Origin: Acholeplasmataceae bacterium
Lineage (GTDB): Bacteria > Bacillota_I > Bacilli_A > Acholeplasmatales > Acholeplasmataceae
Assembly (NCBI GenBank): GCA_963667565.1
Contig: OY763415.1
Coordinates: 64,001-128,000, forward strand
DNA: 64,000 nucleotides
Reading direction: 5' to 3'
In this document: piece by piece, positions 1-9,339 of the stretch
Layout: the number at the start of each line of letters is the position of its first letter
Position numbering within the stretch: the first letter of the stretch is position 1
The notes under the pieces: model-generated
The model's input: the letters and a program-made list of their open reading frames with translations, nothing else
What the model was told of the DNA's origin: nothing
The model's database searches: none
Program-made: the position numbers and the translations under genes

Positions 1-2241
1 ACCATTTGGATGTTATCAGTGGGTGCATCAGTAGCCAATTTCTTCTTTGTAGTCATTGTTTCTCTCAATATCACTATTGGGATTATACAAGAAATTAGAG
101 CGAAGAAAACGATTGATAAACTATCTTTATTATCTGCTCCGACAGCCATTGTTATTCGTGATAAAGATGAAATTGAAATTAGTGTCACAGATGTTGTGAT
201 TGATGATATTTTAAGACTTACTTCAGGTAAACAAATTACAGCTGATGCTGTTATTCGTGAAGGTTCCATTGAAGTCAACGAGTCATTGTTAACAGGCGAG
301 TCTGACCCAATTGTTAAAAAAGAAGGCGACACGCTTTATTCAGGTAGTTACGTCATTTCTGGTAATTGCTATGCACAAGTTACAGCGATTGGTAAAGATA
401 TCTATATTCAAAAATTAACAAATCAAGCTAAAAAATATCGTAAACCAGAATCAGAATTATTAAGTTCACTTAAAACCATTATTAGAATCATTGGTGTCTT
501 AATTGTTCCTATTGCAGGTGGACTATTTTGGTTGATGACACAAAATGGAAGTCTACTTTATGAAGAAATCGTTTTGAAAACATCAACAGCGATGATTGGT
601 ATGATTCCTTCAGGGTTATTCTTATTAACGTCTATGGCGCTCGCAGTTGGTGTTATTAGACTTGCACAAAATAATACATTAGTTCAAGAATTATATTGTA
701 TAGAAACGCTCGCACGCGTAGACACACTATGTTTAGATAAAACAGGTACCATTACTGATGGCACCATGACAGTTAAAAGTATCATTGAATATAAAACAGA
801 TAGCAAAATGACATTGAAGAATATTGTATCTGCAATGCTTAATGCACAAAACGATGATAACTTAACCTCACAAGCATTAAAAGAACGTTTTGGTACGGCT
901 AAACTCATTAGACATAAAGCGCTAATTCCATTTTCTAGTAGTAGAAAATTTAGTGCTGTACAGTTTGATCGTTACGGGACTTATGCGCTAGGTGCACCAG
1001 AATTTGTCTTAAAAGGTAATTTCGATAAAATCGCTGATGAAGTGACAAAACAATCAAAAGAAGGCTATCGAGTTTTAGTTGTTGGCTATAGTGAAGGTCA
1101 TATTGACAATAGAGAAATTCAAGGTCAAGTTGAACCTATGGCTTTAATTATGATTGAAGATACCATTAGACCCGATGCGATTGAAACAATTAATTACTTT
1201 AAGGAACATAACGTAGAAGTTAAAGTCATTTCAGGCGATAACCCAATTACGGTATCTAGAATCGCAGAACGTGCGATGGTTCCTAATGCAAATCAATATA
1301 TATCACTTGAAGGTATGAATGATAAAGAAGTGGTTAGAGTAGGCAGTCGTTATACAGTCTTTGGACGTGTTTCACCTCATCAAAAGAAACTCTTGATTGA
1401 ATCACTTAAAAACAATGGTAGAACGGTTGCAATGACAGGTGATGGTGTCAATGACATCTTAGCACTTAAAGAAGCAGATACATCGATTGCGATGGCATCT
1501 GGTAGTGAAGCAGCTAGAAACGTGTCTCACTTAGTTTTACTAGATTCCAATTTCTCATCTATGCCAAAAGTTGTTTCTGAAGGTAGAAGAGTCATTAATA
1601 ATGTTGAAAAAGTATCAACACTTTATTTAACAAAGACGATATTTACATTTTTATTAGCCATTATTGGTTTATTTAGAAATGGTGATTATCCAATCAGTAG
1701 TCCTAGTCAAATGGTTTTAATTGAAATGTTTGCGATTGGTATTCCATCATTCTTTATGGCCTTAGAACAAAATAATAAACAGGTTAAAGGTCGTTTCTTA
1801 TTTAATATCTTAAAAGCAGCTATTCCTGGAGCGTTGGTTGTTGTGATCAACTCACTCATTATATTTGCTTTAAGTGGACCAGATTCTCTTAACATGAATA
1901 ATGAAGTGATTTCAACACTCATTGTTTCATCTGCAACAGTAACAGCTCTTGCTGTTTTATATCGCGTTTCATTACCATTGAATGGATTAAGAACACTTTT
2001 ATTTGTAAGTATGGTGACACTTGCACTGGTATCATATTTCTTAATTCCAGTCTTTGACTTTATTCCATTTTTCTATTTAGATAATAGTACAGCAACACAG
2101 TTAATTACACTTCCACAAGGTTTATTGTTACTTGTTTTAGCACAAGCTACACTCCCCATGATGTATGTTGTTTCACACATTTATGGTTGGATTAAATCTG
2201 GTATTGGATTTATCATTAATAAAATTGCAGAAATAGAATAA
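1..2241 (+). CDS. Cation-translocating P-type ATPase (CtpE-like), 5' partial
   Basis: TGES, DKTGTIT, MTGDGVND motifs; frame open to window start. Confidence 0.9.
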   Translation, partial: TIWMLSVGASVANFFFVVIVSLNITIGIIQEIRAKKTIDKLSLLSAPTAIVIRDKDEIEISVTDVVIDDILRLTSGKQITADAVIREGSIEVNESLLTGESDPIVKKEGDTLYSGSYVISGNCYAQVTAIGKDIYIQKLTNQAKKYRKPESELLSSLKTIIRIIGVLIVPIAGGLFWLMTQNGSLLYEEIVLKTSTAMIGMIPSGLFLLTSMALAVGVIRLAQNNTLVQELYCIETLARVDTLCLDKTGTITDGTMTVKSIIEYKTDSKMTLKNIVSAMLNAQNDDNLTSQALKERFGTAKLIRHKALIPFSSSRKFSAVQFDRYGTYALGAPEFVLKGNFDKIADEVTKQSKEGYRVLVVGYSEGHIDNREIQGQVEPMALIMIEDTIRPDAIETINYFKEHNVEVKVISGDNPITVSRIAERAMVPNANQYISLEGMNDKEVVRVGSRYTVFGRVSPHQKKLLIESLKNNGRTVAMTGDGVNDILALKEADTSIAMASGSEAARNVSHLVLLDSNFSSMPKVVSEGRRVINNVEKVSTLYLTKTIFTFLLAIIGLFRNGDYPISSPSQMVLIEMFAIGIPSFFMALEQNNKQVKGRFLFNILKAAIPGALVVVINSLIIFALSGPDSLNMNNEVISTLIVSSATVTALAVLYRVSLPLNGLRTLLFVSMVTLALVSYFLIPVFDFIPFFYLDNSTATQLITLPQGLLLLVLAQATLPMMYVVSHIYGWIKSGIGFIINKIAEIE

Positions 2242-2264
2242 AAAAGAGCGCTTGTCGCTCTTTT
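2242..2264 (+). terminator. Intrinsic terminator
   Basis: aaaagagcg-cttgt-cgctctttt right after the stop codon. Confidence 0.75.
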
Positions 2265-2335
2265 CATCGTTTTTATCAAATAATTTTACGGATTATTTTT
2301 ATAAGGTTTTATATGTTTGAGTTGGAGGATTTACT

Positions 2336-3034
2336 ATGATCGTTTATGGAAAAAATGTCATTAGAGAAGCTGTCTTTGCAAAAAGAGCAATGTATAGTTT
2401 ATATATTGACCAAAAATTTAATGATGAAAATTTCATCAGTTTTTTAAAAAAGCATCAGGTTAAGTTTGAATTCAAATCTAAAGATGAATTGTTTCAACTC
2501 AGTCAAACTAAAAATCATCAAGGGATTGTTGCTGATGTTAAAGCATACAGTTACCAGCCACTTGAGATTTTAAATGACAAAGAAACTTTGAAACAGGTCA
2601 TTATTTTAGATAGTATTGAAGATCCACACAATTTAGGTGCCATTTTAAGATCTGCAGAAGCAACACAAATGGATGCTATTATTATTCCTAAAAAACAGCA
2701 AGTACCACTAAATGCGACAGTTGCAAAAGTTTCATCTGGCGCGATTGAACATGTACCCGTGATTGAAGTATCTAACATCAATCAAGCTATGGATTATCTA
2801 AAAAGTATTGGCTTTTGGATTGTAGGCACAGATGGACAAACCAATCACACGTATGATGATATGCCAAAAGATGTGAGTGTTGCAGTTGTTTTAGGTAATG
2901 AAGGCAGTGGTATGAGACCGCTCGTTAAAAAGAATTGTGATATGCTTGTTAAAATCCCAATGCATGGAAAAATCAATTCACTTAACGTCAGTGTTGCTGC
3001 AGCACTTATGATGTATAAAATGATTAATCGATGA
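2336..3034 (+). CDS. rlmB: 23S rRNA Gm2251 2'-O-methyltransferase (SPOUT)
   Basis: DPHNLGAILRSA, GNEGSG, SLNVSVA motifs; conserved position before sigH-rpmG. Confidence 0.92.
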   Translation: MIVYGKNVIREAVFAKRAMYSLYIDQKFNDENFISFLKKHQVKFEFKSKDELFQLSQTKNHQGIVADVKAYSYQPLEILNDKETLKQVIILDSIEDPHNLGAILRSAEATQMDAIIIPKKQQVPLNATVAKVSSGAIEHVPVIEVSNINQAMDYLKSIGFWIVGTDGQTNHTYDDMPKDVSVAVVLGNEGSGMRPLVKKNCDMLVKIPMHGKINSLNVSVAAALMMYKMINR

Positions 3035-3537
3035 AAAATGATTACGAACTTCTCTATTTAATTCGTGGCGAAAACGATCACATAGCACTTGAATATTTAT
3101 ATCATAAATATGAAAGGCTTATTTACAAAAATATTCATCTCCTCCACATTGATCACATTGAGCATGATGATTTTGTTCAAGAAGGTTTCCTCATGTTTTA
3201 TAAAGCTGTTCAAACGTTTGATGAAAGCAAAAATAAAACATTTACAAGATACTTTGAACTTATTTTAAAAAGACATTTTTATCAGTTGGTACATAAGATT
3301 CCACCTTTTGTTTATGATGAATATATCATGCATCAACAACAAAGTTATTATATTGAAGAAGACTATACACCCTTTTTAGAAGATTGTTCTTTATTTGAAC
3401 AAGAAGTATTTCAACTTTATTTTATTGAAAATAAAAGTGTTCAATATATTCAAAGTCTTAAAAATTGTTCAATCAAGCAAGTATATAATGCAATTTATCG
3501 TCTCAAAGAAAAATACAAAAAGTATGTTATAATGTAA
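3031..3537 (+). CDS. Alternative sigma-70 factor, SigH/ComX-like
   Basis: DDFVQEG...KAVQTFDESK..F..Y region 2; KQVYNAIYRLKEK region 4; syntenic with Bacillota sigH. Confidence 0.8.
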   Translation: MKNDYELLYLIRGENDHIALEYLYHKYERLIYKNIHLLHIDHIEHDDFVQEGFLMFYKAVQTFDESKNKTFTRYFELILKRHFYQLVHKIPPFVYDEYIMHQQQSYYIEEDYTPFLEDCSLFEQEVFQLYFIENKSVQYIQSLKNCSIKQVYNAIYRLKEKYKKYVIM

Positions 3538-3544
3538 TAGATAG

Positions 3545-3573
3545 TTGACTATGCCTTTTTTAAGTGTTAAAAT
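3545..3573 (+). promoter_or_regulatory. SigA-type promoter for rpmG-secE-nusG
   Basis: TTGACT-17-TAAAAT with TG extension. Confidence 0.65.
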
Positions 3574-3608
3574 AACACTTGCAAAAGGCCACAAAGGTGG
3601 TTTTTTAT

Positions 3609-3758
3609 ATGCGAGAAAAAGTAACTTTAGTATGTACGAAATGTTTAAGCAGAAATTATACAACAACAAAGAATAAACAGACACAGACACAACGTTTGGA
3701 AATTAAAAAGTTTTGTCCTAAATGTAACGAACATACCATACATAAAGAAAGTAAGTAG
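3609..3758 (+). CDS. rpmG: 50S ribosomal protein L33 (Zn-ribbon type, 49 aa; not in the ORF track)
   Basis: Translated by hand: [24 protein letters not shown]...[21 protein letters not shown]. Confidence 0.95.
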   Translation: MREKVTLVCTKCLSRNYTTTKNKQTQTQRLEIKKFCPKCNEHTIHKESK

Positions 3759-3769
3759 GAGGCCAGACT

Positions 3770-4201
3770 ATGGCAATTAAACAAAAACAAGAAGAACAAC
3801 AAAGTAAATTATTAGAAGTTCTTACAACTGAATATCGTTGGGAAAATCTTTTATTAGGAGTTTTAGCAACGATTGCGATTTCAATTTCGTTAATGATTAT
3901 TTCAGGTAATACACTTTTACAAATCAACCCTGATTTCCCTATTTTAGGTGAAGGTAATAATGGATTGATTTTTGCTTGGGTCTTATTTGCAATTTCTGCA
4001 TTTGGTCTCATTCTCGTTTTATATCCTTTCTTTTTACCAGCAATTCCTGAAATTAAAAAGATTTCATGGGCTAAATGGCATAAATTCTTAGATAACTCAG
4101 TGAGAGTATTAGTGTTTTTAACAATCATTACTGGTTTCTTATTACTTTATAATTTCTTAATTGCTAAGTTAATCAGTGGATTACTTGGTGGTACTCTATG
4201 A
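3770..4201 (+). CDS. secE: Preprotein translocase SecE (long, 3-TM form)
   Basis: EIKKISW motif followed by a C-terminal TM; lies between rpmG and nusG. Confidence 0.88.
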   Translation: MAIKQKQEEQQSKLLEVLTTEYRWENLLLGVLATIAISISLMIISGNTLLQINPDFPILGEGNNGLIFAWVLFAISAFGLILVLYPFFLPAIPEIKKISWAKWHKFLDNSVRVLVFLTIITGFLLLYNFLIAKLISGLLGGTL

Positions 4202-4737
4202 GTCAAGGCGTAAGATGGTATATCATTCAAACATATTCAGGATACGAAAATGCTGTTAAGAAAGACTTAGAGCGTCGTGTTGAATCTATGGGAATGATGG
4301 ATTTCATCTTTAGAATTATTGTTCCTGAAGAAAAAGTCATCGAAAAAAACGCTAAAGGTGAAGAAAAAGAAAAAGTAAAACAATTATTTCCAGGATATGT
4401 ATTTGTAGAAATGCTTGTTACTGACGAATCATGGTTCGTTGTTAGAAATACACCACAAGTTACAGGGTTCTTAGGTTCATCAGGTGGTGGTGCAAAACCA
4501 GTTCCACTTGCACCAGATGAAATCAATGCAATTCTTCTTAAGATTGGTGTCATGAGTAAACCAACATTTGATCATTTGATTGGTAAGTTGGTTGAAGTGA
4601 CAAGCGGATCATGGGAAGGCTTAAGAGGTGTGGTTGCAGCTGTTGATAATGATCAAGAAAAAGTTATTATTGACTTAGATTTATTTGGTCGTTCAACACC
4701 AACAGAAATTGATGCAACTGAAATTAAAGAAGTATAA
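4198..4737 (+). CDS. nusG: Transcription factor NusG
   Basis: WYIIQTYSGYE, FPGYVFVEM, VRNTPQVTGF, LFGRSTP. Confidence 0.97.
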   Translation: MSQGVRWYIIQTYSGYENAVKKDLERRVESMGMMDFIFRIIVPEEKVIEKNAKGEEKEKVKQLFPGYVFVEMLVTDESWFVVRNTPQVTGFLGSSGGGAKPVPLAPDEINAILLKIGVMSKPTFDHLIGKLVEVTSGSWEGLRGVVAAVDNDQEKVIIDLDLFGRSTPTEIDATEIKEV

Positions 4738-4739
4738 AC

Positions 4740-4765
4740 AAAAAGTCTCGCAAGAGACTTTTTTT
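4740..4765. terminator. Bidirectional terminator
   Basis: aaaaagtctc-gcaa-gagacttttt between convergent genes. Confidence 0.8.
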
Positions 4766-5615
4766 ATGCTTTTATGTCAAAATATATGGTTTGACCCAAT
4801 ATGTCTATAATAAAGGGGAACTTACTAGTTTCATCTAGTGTCATATGATTGTCTATTAAATGTGTTTTTAGTGCTTCAAATGCATCCTGAAGGATAGATA
4901 TCTGATAACTTTGTAATCCTGCCTGAGAAACGTTTTTTAGATCTGCTTTTTGATTCCAAATATTTAATCCTAAATGATGATGATATCCTTTTGAAGATAC
5001 AAAAAGCGCTTGGTTATAATAATTTTGGATGATATCAAAACCTAGTATGTCATCATAGAAATGTTTGGCACTTTCTAAATCTTTAACATAAAAATGAAGA
5101 TGCCCGATGATGGTATTTGTATCAATCGGTTTAAGAATTTCATCAATCGTTAGGTGATAAAGATAATCAACATCAAGTGCTCGCGTATACATTTCAAGTT
5201 TTCCATGTGATCTTGGCCAATCTTTATCCTCAAGATCAAAATACAATTCAATACCATTGCCTTCTAAATCATTTAAATATAAAGCGTGACTCACACCGTG
5301 ATCTGATGCGCCACTAAGTCTATATTTAGCACCTACCAATCTCTTTAAAACGCGGGATAATGCAAGTTCATTAGGGAATAGAAAGGCAACATGATATAAC
5401 CCAAGCGTTTCTTCATGTTTGATCACATCTTTGTGAGTGATAAGTTCAATGAGTTCATCCTTTCCATTAGATGATAAACTTGCTTTTTGATCGGTTTTTG
5501 ATATTAAAGAAAAACCTAAAATGTTTTGATAAAAATCTGTTTGCAGATCTAAATTCTTAACGAGCAATGTAATTTTATTAAAATAAGTTGTGTTATGATT
5601 GTGATATTTATACAT
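4764..5615 (-). CDS. VOC-family protein, CatE-like catechol 2,3-dioxygenase
   Basis: GLYHVAFL, DHGVSHALYLNDLEGNGIELY, IGHLH, GYHHHLGLNIW. Confidence 0.88.
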   Translation of the reverse strand: MYKYHNHNTTYFNKITLLVKNLDLQTDFYQNILGFSLISKTDQKASLSSNGKDELIELITHKDVIKHEETLGLYHVAFLFPNELALSRVLKRLVGAKYRLSGASDHGVSHALYLNDLEGNGIELYFDLEDKDWPRSHGKLEMYTRALDVDYLYHLTIDEILKPIDTNTIIGHLHFYVKDLESAKHFYDDILGFDIIQNYYNQALFVSSKGYHHHLGLNIWNQKADLKNVSQAGLQSYQISILQDAFEALKTHLIDNHMTLDETSKFPFIIDILGQTIYFDIKA

Positions 5616-5650
5616 ACAAATACCTCCTGAATAATTTCATCATATCACAC

Positions 5651-5667
5651 ACTTACAAAAAGTAAGT
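5651..5667. promoter_or_regulatory. Palindromic operator ACTTAC-N5-GTAAGT in the catE-like promoter
   Basis: Perfect inverted repeat just upstream of the minus-strand TGnTATGAT -10. Confidence 0.55.
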
Positions 5668-5769
5668 TTTAAATACATTTAAACTTAAAAAATTACAAAA
5701 ATTTAAGCATTACATATTGATTTTATATCTTTGAATGTTATAATAGATACGAAAATTGGAGGTAGTATT

Positions 5770-6468
5770 ATGAAAATAGAAATTTGGTCAGATTTTGGTT
5801 GTCCGTTTTGCTACATTGGTAAAGCAAGATTCGAACAAGCACTAAATCAATTCGAACACAAAGACAGTGTTGAAGTTATTTATAAGGCATATCAATTAAA
5901 TCCATACGCACCTAAAGAAATGAAAGGTAGTGCTGCTGAAGCATTTGCTCAAGGTCATGGTATGTCAGTGAGTCAAGCAAAAGATCGTTTTAAAATGTTT
6001 GTTGAAAATGCTAAAACAGTAGGATTAACATATAATTACGACATCATTCAAATGACAAACACATTTGATGCACACCGCTTAGCGAAGTGGGCAAATCAAT
6101 TTGGGTTAGAACCTAAATTAACATCTCTATTAATGAAAGCTTACTTTACAGATGGTAAAAATGTTGCTGATTTAAACACTTTAGTTGATATTGCTAAAGA
6201 AGCTGGATTAAATGCGGATGAAGCAAAGAAAGTCTTAGAAGAAGGACAATATAAAGATCAAGTCGATGCTGAAATTAATGAAGCTAGACAAGTGGGTGTT
6301 CAAGGTGTACCATTCTTTGTGATTAACAGAAAATATGGTGTATCTGGTGCACAAGCAACAGAATACTTCTTACAAGCATTAAGACAAATTTATCAAGAAG
6401 AACAACCATTACAAAAATTAGAAGCTGATGATTCAGCAACTTGTGATCATGATGAGTGTGGATTCTAA
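5770..6468 (+). CDS. DsbA/FrnE-family thiol oxidoreductase
   Basis: WSDFGCPFCYIG, NTFDAHRL, GVPFF, SGAQ, C-terminal CxxxxC; start at ATG after GGAGG. Confidence 0.9.
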   Translation: MKIEIWSDFGCPFCYIGKARFEQALNQFEHKDSVEVIYKAYQLNPYAPKEMKGSAAEAFAQGHGMSVSQAKDRFKMFVENAKTVGLTYNYDIIQMTNTFDAHRLAKWANQFGLEPKLTSLLMKAYFTDGKNVADLNTLVDIAKEAGLNADEAKKVLEEGQYKDQVDAEINEARQVGVQGVPFFVINRKYGVSGAQATEYFLQALRQIYQEEQPLQKLEADDSATCDHDECGF

Positions 6469-6478
6469 AAATACGAAT

Positions 6479-6503
6479 AAATGCCTATTTTAGGCATTTT
6501 TTT
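6479..6503 (+). terminator. Intrinsic terminator
   Basis: aaatgccta-ttt-taggcattt plus T-run. Confidence 0.7.
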
Positions 6504-6534
6504 GTTATAATGAATCTATATGGGAGGTATTGAA

Positions 6535-6891
6535 ATGAGACTTATTGCAAACGTTATATGGTTTATATTTGGTGGCTTTATTGCCGCATTATTGTGGTTT
6601 ATCGCAGGTGTCTTATTGTCACTTACTGTGATTGGTATTCCACTTGGAGCACAAGCATTTAAATTTGCAAAACTTGTACTATTCCCTTTTGGTCAAAATG
6701 TTGATATCAACATTGAAAAACACCCAATTGCAAACATCATTTGGGCCATCTTATTTGGATGGGAAATGGCACTTGGTTACATCACCGTTGGTGTCGGATA
6801 TTGTATAACAATCATAGGGATCCCCTTTGGTTTACAATGGTTTAAACTTGCATTATTAGCACTCTTACCATTTGGGGCAAAAATCAAATAA
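6535..6891 (+). CDS. YccF-domain membrane protein
   Basis: Two NxIWxxxxG...TxIGIPxGxQxFKxAxLxLxPFG repeats. Confidence 0.9.
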   Translation: MRLIANVIWFIFGGFIAALLWFIAGVLLSLTVIGIPLGAQAFKFAKLVLFPFGQNVDINIEKHPIANIIWAILFGWEMALGYITVGVGYCITIIGIPFGLQWFKLALLALLPFGAKIK

Positions 6892-6944
6892 AAACTTCTT
6901 ACGTAGTAGATTTTAAATTAAAATTGAAAAGTTATCGTTTTTGG

Positions 6945-6973
6945 TTGACATTAACACCTCTAAATGATAGAAT
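6945..6973 (+). promoter_or_regulatory. SigA promoter of rplKA
   Basis: TTGACA-17-TAGAAT with TG extension. Confidence 0.8.
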
Positions 6974-6999
6974 ATATTCGCGTGTGAAAGCACACCATA

Positions 7000-7022
7000 G
7001 TGGAAGAATATTTTCGTACCAC
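7000..7022 (+). promoter_or_regulatory. Putative L1-binding leader site before rplK
   Basis: GTGGAAG...ACCAC stem with internal loop. Confidence 0.5.
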
Positions 7023-7051
7023 ATACTTATGTAAAGAAGGAGGTTGTGTTC

Positions 7052-7477
7052 ATGGCAAAAAAAGTTGTAAAAGTCGTTAAATTACAAATCGCTGCAGGGA
7101 AAGCTAATCCAGCTCCACCAGTCGGTCCAGCACTTGGTCAAGCTCAAGTTAACATTCCAGCATTCTGTTCACAATTTAATGAAGCAACTAAAGATCAAAT
7201 GGGTTTCATCGTACCAGTTATTATCTCAGTTTATGATGACCGTACATTTACATTTGTAACAAAAACCCCACCTGCAAGTGATCTTCTTAAGAAAGCAGCA
7301 AACATCAAGTCTGGCTCAAGCAATGCCAAAAAGACTAAGGTTGCTACAATTACTAAGGCTCAAGTTAAACAAATTGCAGAAACAAAGATGCCCGACTTAA
7401 ATGCGTTTACTGTAGAAGCAGCAATGAAAATTATTGAAGGTACAGCACGTAATATGGGAATCGTAGTAGAAGAATAA
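7052..7477 (+). CDS. rplK: 50S ribosomal protein L11
   Basis: [20 protein letters not shown]. Confidence 0.98.
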   Translation: MAKKVVKVVKLQIAAGKANPAPPVGPALGQAQVNIPAFCSQFNEATKDQMGFIVPVIISVYDDRTFTFVTKTPPASDLLKKAANIKSGSSNAKKTKVATITKAQVKQIAETKMPDLNAFTVEAAMKIIEGTARNMGIVVEE

Positions 7478-7500
7478 TTTAGATGATATCTATCTAAATT

Positions 7501-7525
7501 GTGGGAGGATATCCCGCTAGACCAC
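7501..7525 (+). promoter_or_regulatory. Putative L1-binding autoregulatory site before rplA
   Basis: GTGGGAGG...AGACCAC just upstream of the RBS. Confidence 0.6.
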
Positions 7526-7543
7526 ATTTTAGGAGGAAGAAAT

Positions 7544-8239
7544 ATGAAAAGAGGAAAGAAATACCTTGAAGCAGCTAAATTAGTTGATAAACTTCATTTA
7601 TATCCAATCAATGAAGCAACTGATCTAGTGAAAAAAACCTCATTTGTGAAATTTGATGCGACTGTAGAAGCAGCGTTTAGATTAAATCTTGATCCAAGAA
7701 AAGCTGAACAAAACTTAAGAGGCGCAATCGTTTTACCTCATGGTACTGGTAAAGTTTCAAGAGTTGTTGTTATCGCACAAGGTGACAAAGCTAAAGAAGC
7801 AAAAGATGCTGGTGCTGATTATGTCGGTGATGCAGACTTAATCCAAAAGATTTCTGAAGGATGGTTTGATTTCGATGTGATGGTAGCAACACCAAACATG
7901 ATGGGTCAATTAGGTAAACTAGGACGTGTCTTAGGACCTAAAGGCTTAATGCCAAACCCAAAAACTGGTACAGTTACAATGGACGTTGAAAAAGCTGTTC
8001 ATGAAATCAAAAATGGTAAAATTGAGTATAGAGTTGATAAGGTTGGTAACATTCATGCACCAATCGGTAGAGTTTCATTTACTAAAGAACAATTAGCTGA
8101 AAACTTAGTAACACTTTATCACCAACTTGTACGTATCAAACCACAAACAGTTAAAGGTACTTACATCAAAAATATCACAATTACATCAAGTATGGCACCT
8201 GGTGTAAAAGTTGATGAAGACTCTTTAAGAAATCTATAA
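7544..8239 (+). CDS. rplA: 50S ribosomal protein L1
   Basis: [30 protein letters not shown]. Confidence 0.98.
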   Translation: MKRGKKYLEAAKLVDKLHLYPINEATDLVKKTSFVKFDATVEAAFRLNLDPRKAEQNLRGAIVLPHGTGKVSRVVVIAQGDKAKEAKDAGADYVGDADLIQKISEGWFDFDVMVATPNMMGQLGKLGRVLGPKGLMPNPKTGTVTMDVEKAVHEIKNGKIEYRVDKVGNIHAPIGRVSFTKEQLAENLVTLYHQLVRIKPQTVKGTYIKNITITSSMAPGVKVDEDSLRNL

Positions 8240-8275
8240 ACTTAAAGAATCTAAAACAAAATAAAAATAAATCTA

Positions 8276-8372
8276 TACCATAGACAGTAGGTGCAATTGC
8301 TTAATTTCCTACCGAGGTGAAACTAACAATAGTTCTCTCTTTTGTCTTGGTATAAAAGAGAGATTTTATTTT
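8276..8372 (+). promoter_or_regulatory. L10 leader (ribosomal protein attenuator)
   Basis: AGACAGTAGG...TTAA..TCCTACCGAGG core; alternative tacca-tagac/gtcttggta pairing versus tctctctttt/aaaagagaga terminator. Confidence 0.8.
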
Positions 8373-8387
8373 ATAAGGAGGCACTTT

Positions 8388-8876
8388 ATGCAAAAAGCAA
8401 GTATTATCAAAAAAGCTGAGCAAGTTCAAGAATTACAAGATAAACTTGGACGCGCTGCCACAGTTGTTGCTTTTGATTATCCAGGTTTAACAGTGGAAGA
8501 ATTCACTAAATTACGTGGTCAATTAAGAGAAGCAGACTGTGAAGTTGCCGTTTACAAAAACAACATTTCAAGAAGAGCATCTATCGCTGCTGGATACGAA
8601 GATTTAGCTGACTCTTTAGTCGGACCTAAAGCTTTAGCGTTAAGCTTTACTGATGTTGTTGCTCCTGCAAAAGTAATCTACGAATTTGCTAAAGAAAACA
8701 AAAACGTAGTGATGCATGCAGGTATCGTTGAAGGTAAAATTGCAAGCTTAGAAGTATTAAATGAATTAGCGACATTGCCATCTAGAGAAACTCTATTAAC
8801 AATGTTAGCAGTAGGTATGTTAGCACCAGTTCGCGAATTAGCGGTTGGGCTTAATATGATTAGCGAAGAAGCGTAA
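8388..8876 (+). CDS. rplJ: 50S ribosomal protein L10
   Basis: DYPGLTV, VYKN, LATLPSRETL. Confidence 0.96.
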   Translation: MQKASIIKKAEQVQELQDKLGRAATVVAFDYPGLTVEEFTKLRGQLREADCEVAVYKNNISRRASIAAGYEDLADSLVGPKALALSFTDVVAPAKVIYEFAKENKNVVMHAGIVEGKIASLEVLNELATLPSRETLLTMLAVGMLAPVRELAVGLNMISEEA

Positions 8877-8893
8877 TTTAGGAGGAAATAAAA

Positions 8894-9271
8894 ATGGCTA
8901 AAATAACAAAAGCAGATTTTATTGCAGCTTTAAAAGAAATGACTTTATTAGAAATCAAAGAATTAGTTGACGGATTAAAAGAAGAATTCGGTATTGACCC
9001 ATCTGCAGTAGCAGTAGCAGGTCCAGCAGCTGGCGCAGGTGCTGCAGCAGTTGAAGAACAAACAGAATTCAACGTAATTTTAAAGAACTTTGGTACAAAC
9101 AAAATTGCAGTTATCAAAGTTGTACGTGAAGTTACTGGTTTAGGTTTAGCAGATGCTAAAACATTAACTGAAACACCAGATGCAGTCGTAAAAGAAAAAG
9201 TATCTAAAGAAGATGCTGAAGCTCTTAAGACTCAATTACAAGATGCTGGTGCAACTGTTGAAGTTAAATAA
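8894..9271 (+). CDS. rplL: 50S ribosomal protein L7/L12
   Basis: Ala-rich hinge, [24 protein letters not shown]. Confidence 0.98.
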   Translation: MAKITKADFIAALKEMTLLEIKELVDGLKEEFGIDPSAVAVAGPAAGAGAAAVEEQTEFNVILKNFGTNKIAVIKVVREVTGLGLADAKTLTETPDAVVKEKVSKEDAEALKTQLQDAGATVEVK

Positions 9272-9293
9272 TTTCTAAAATTTAATGCGATAG

Positions 9294-9319
9294 ACCTGAG
9301 AGATACTCTCGGGTTTTTT
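9294..9319 (+). terminator. Intrinsic terminator after rplL
   Basis: acctgagag-ata-ctctcgggt plus T-run. Confidence 0.75.
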
Positions 9320-9339
9320 CGCTGTTATTCGGGGGATTC

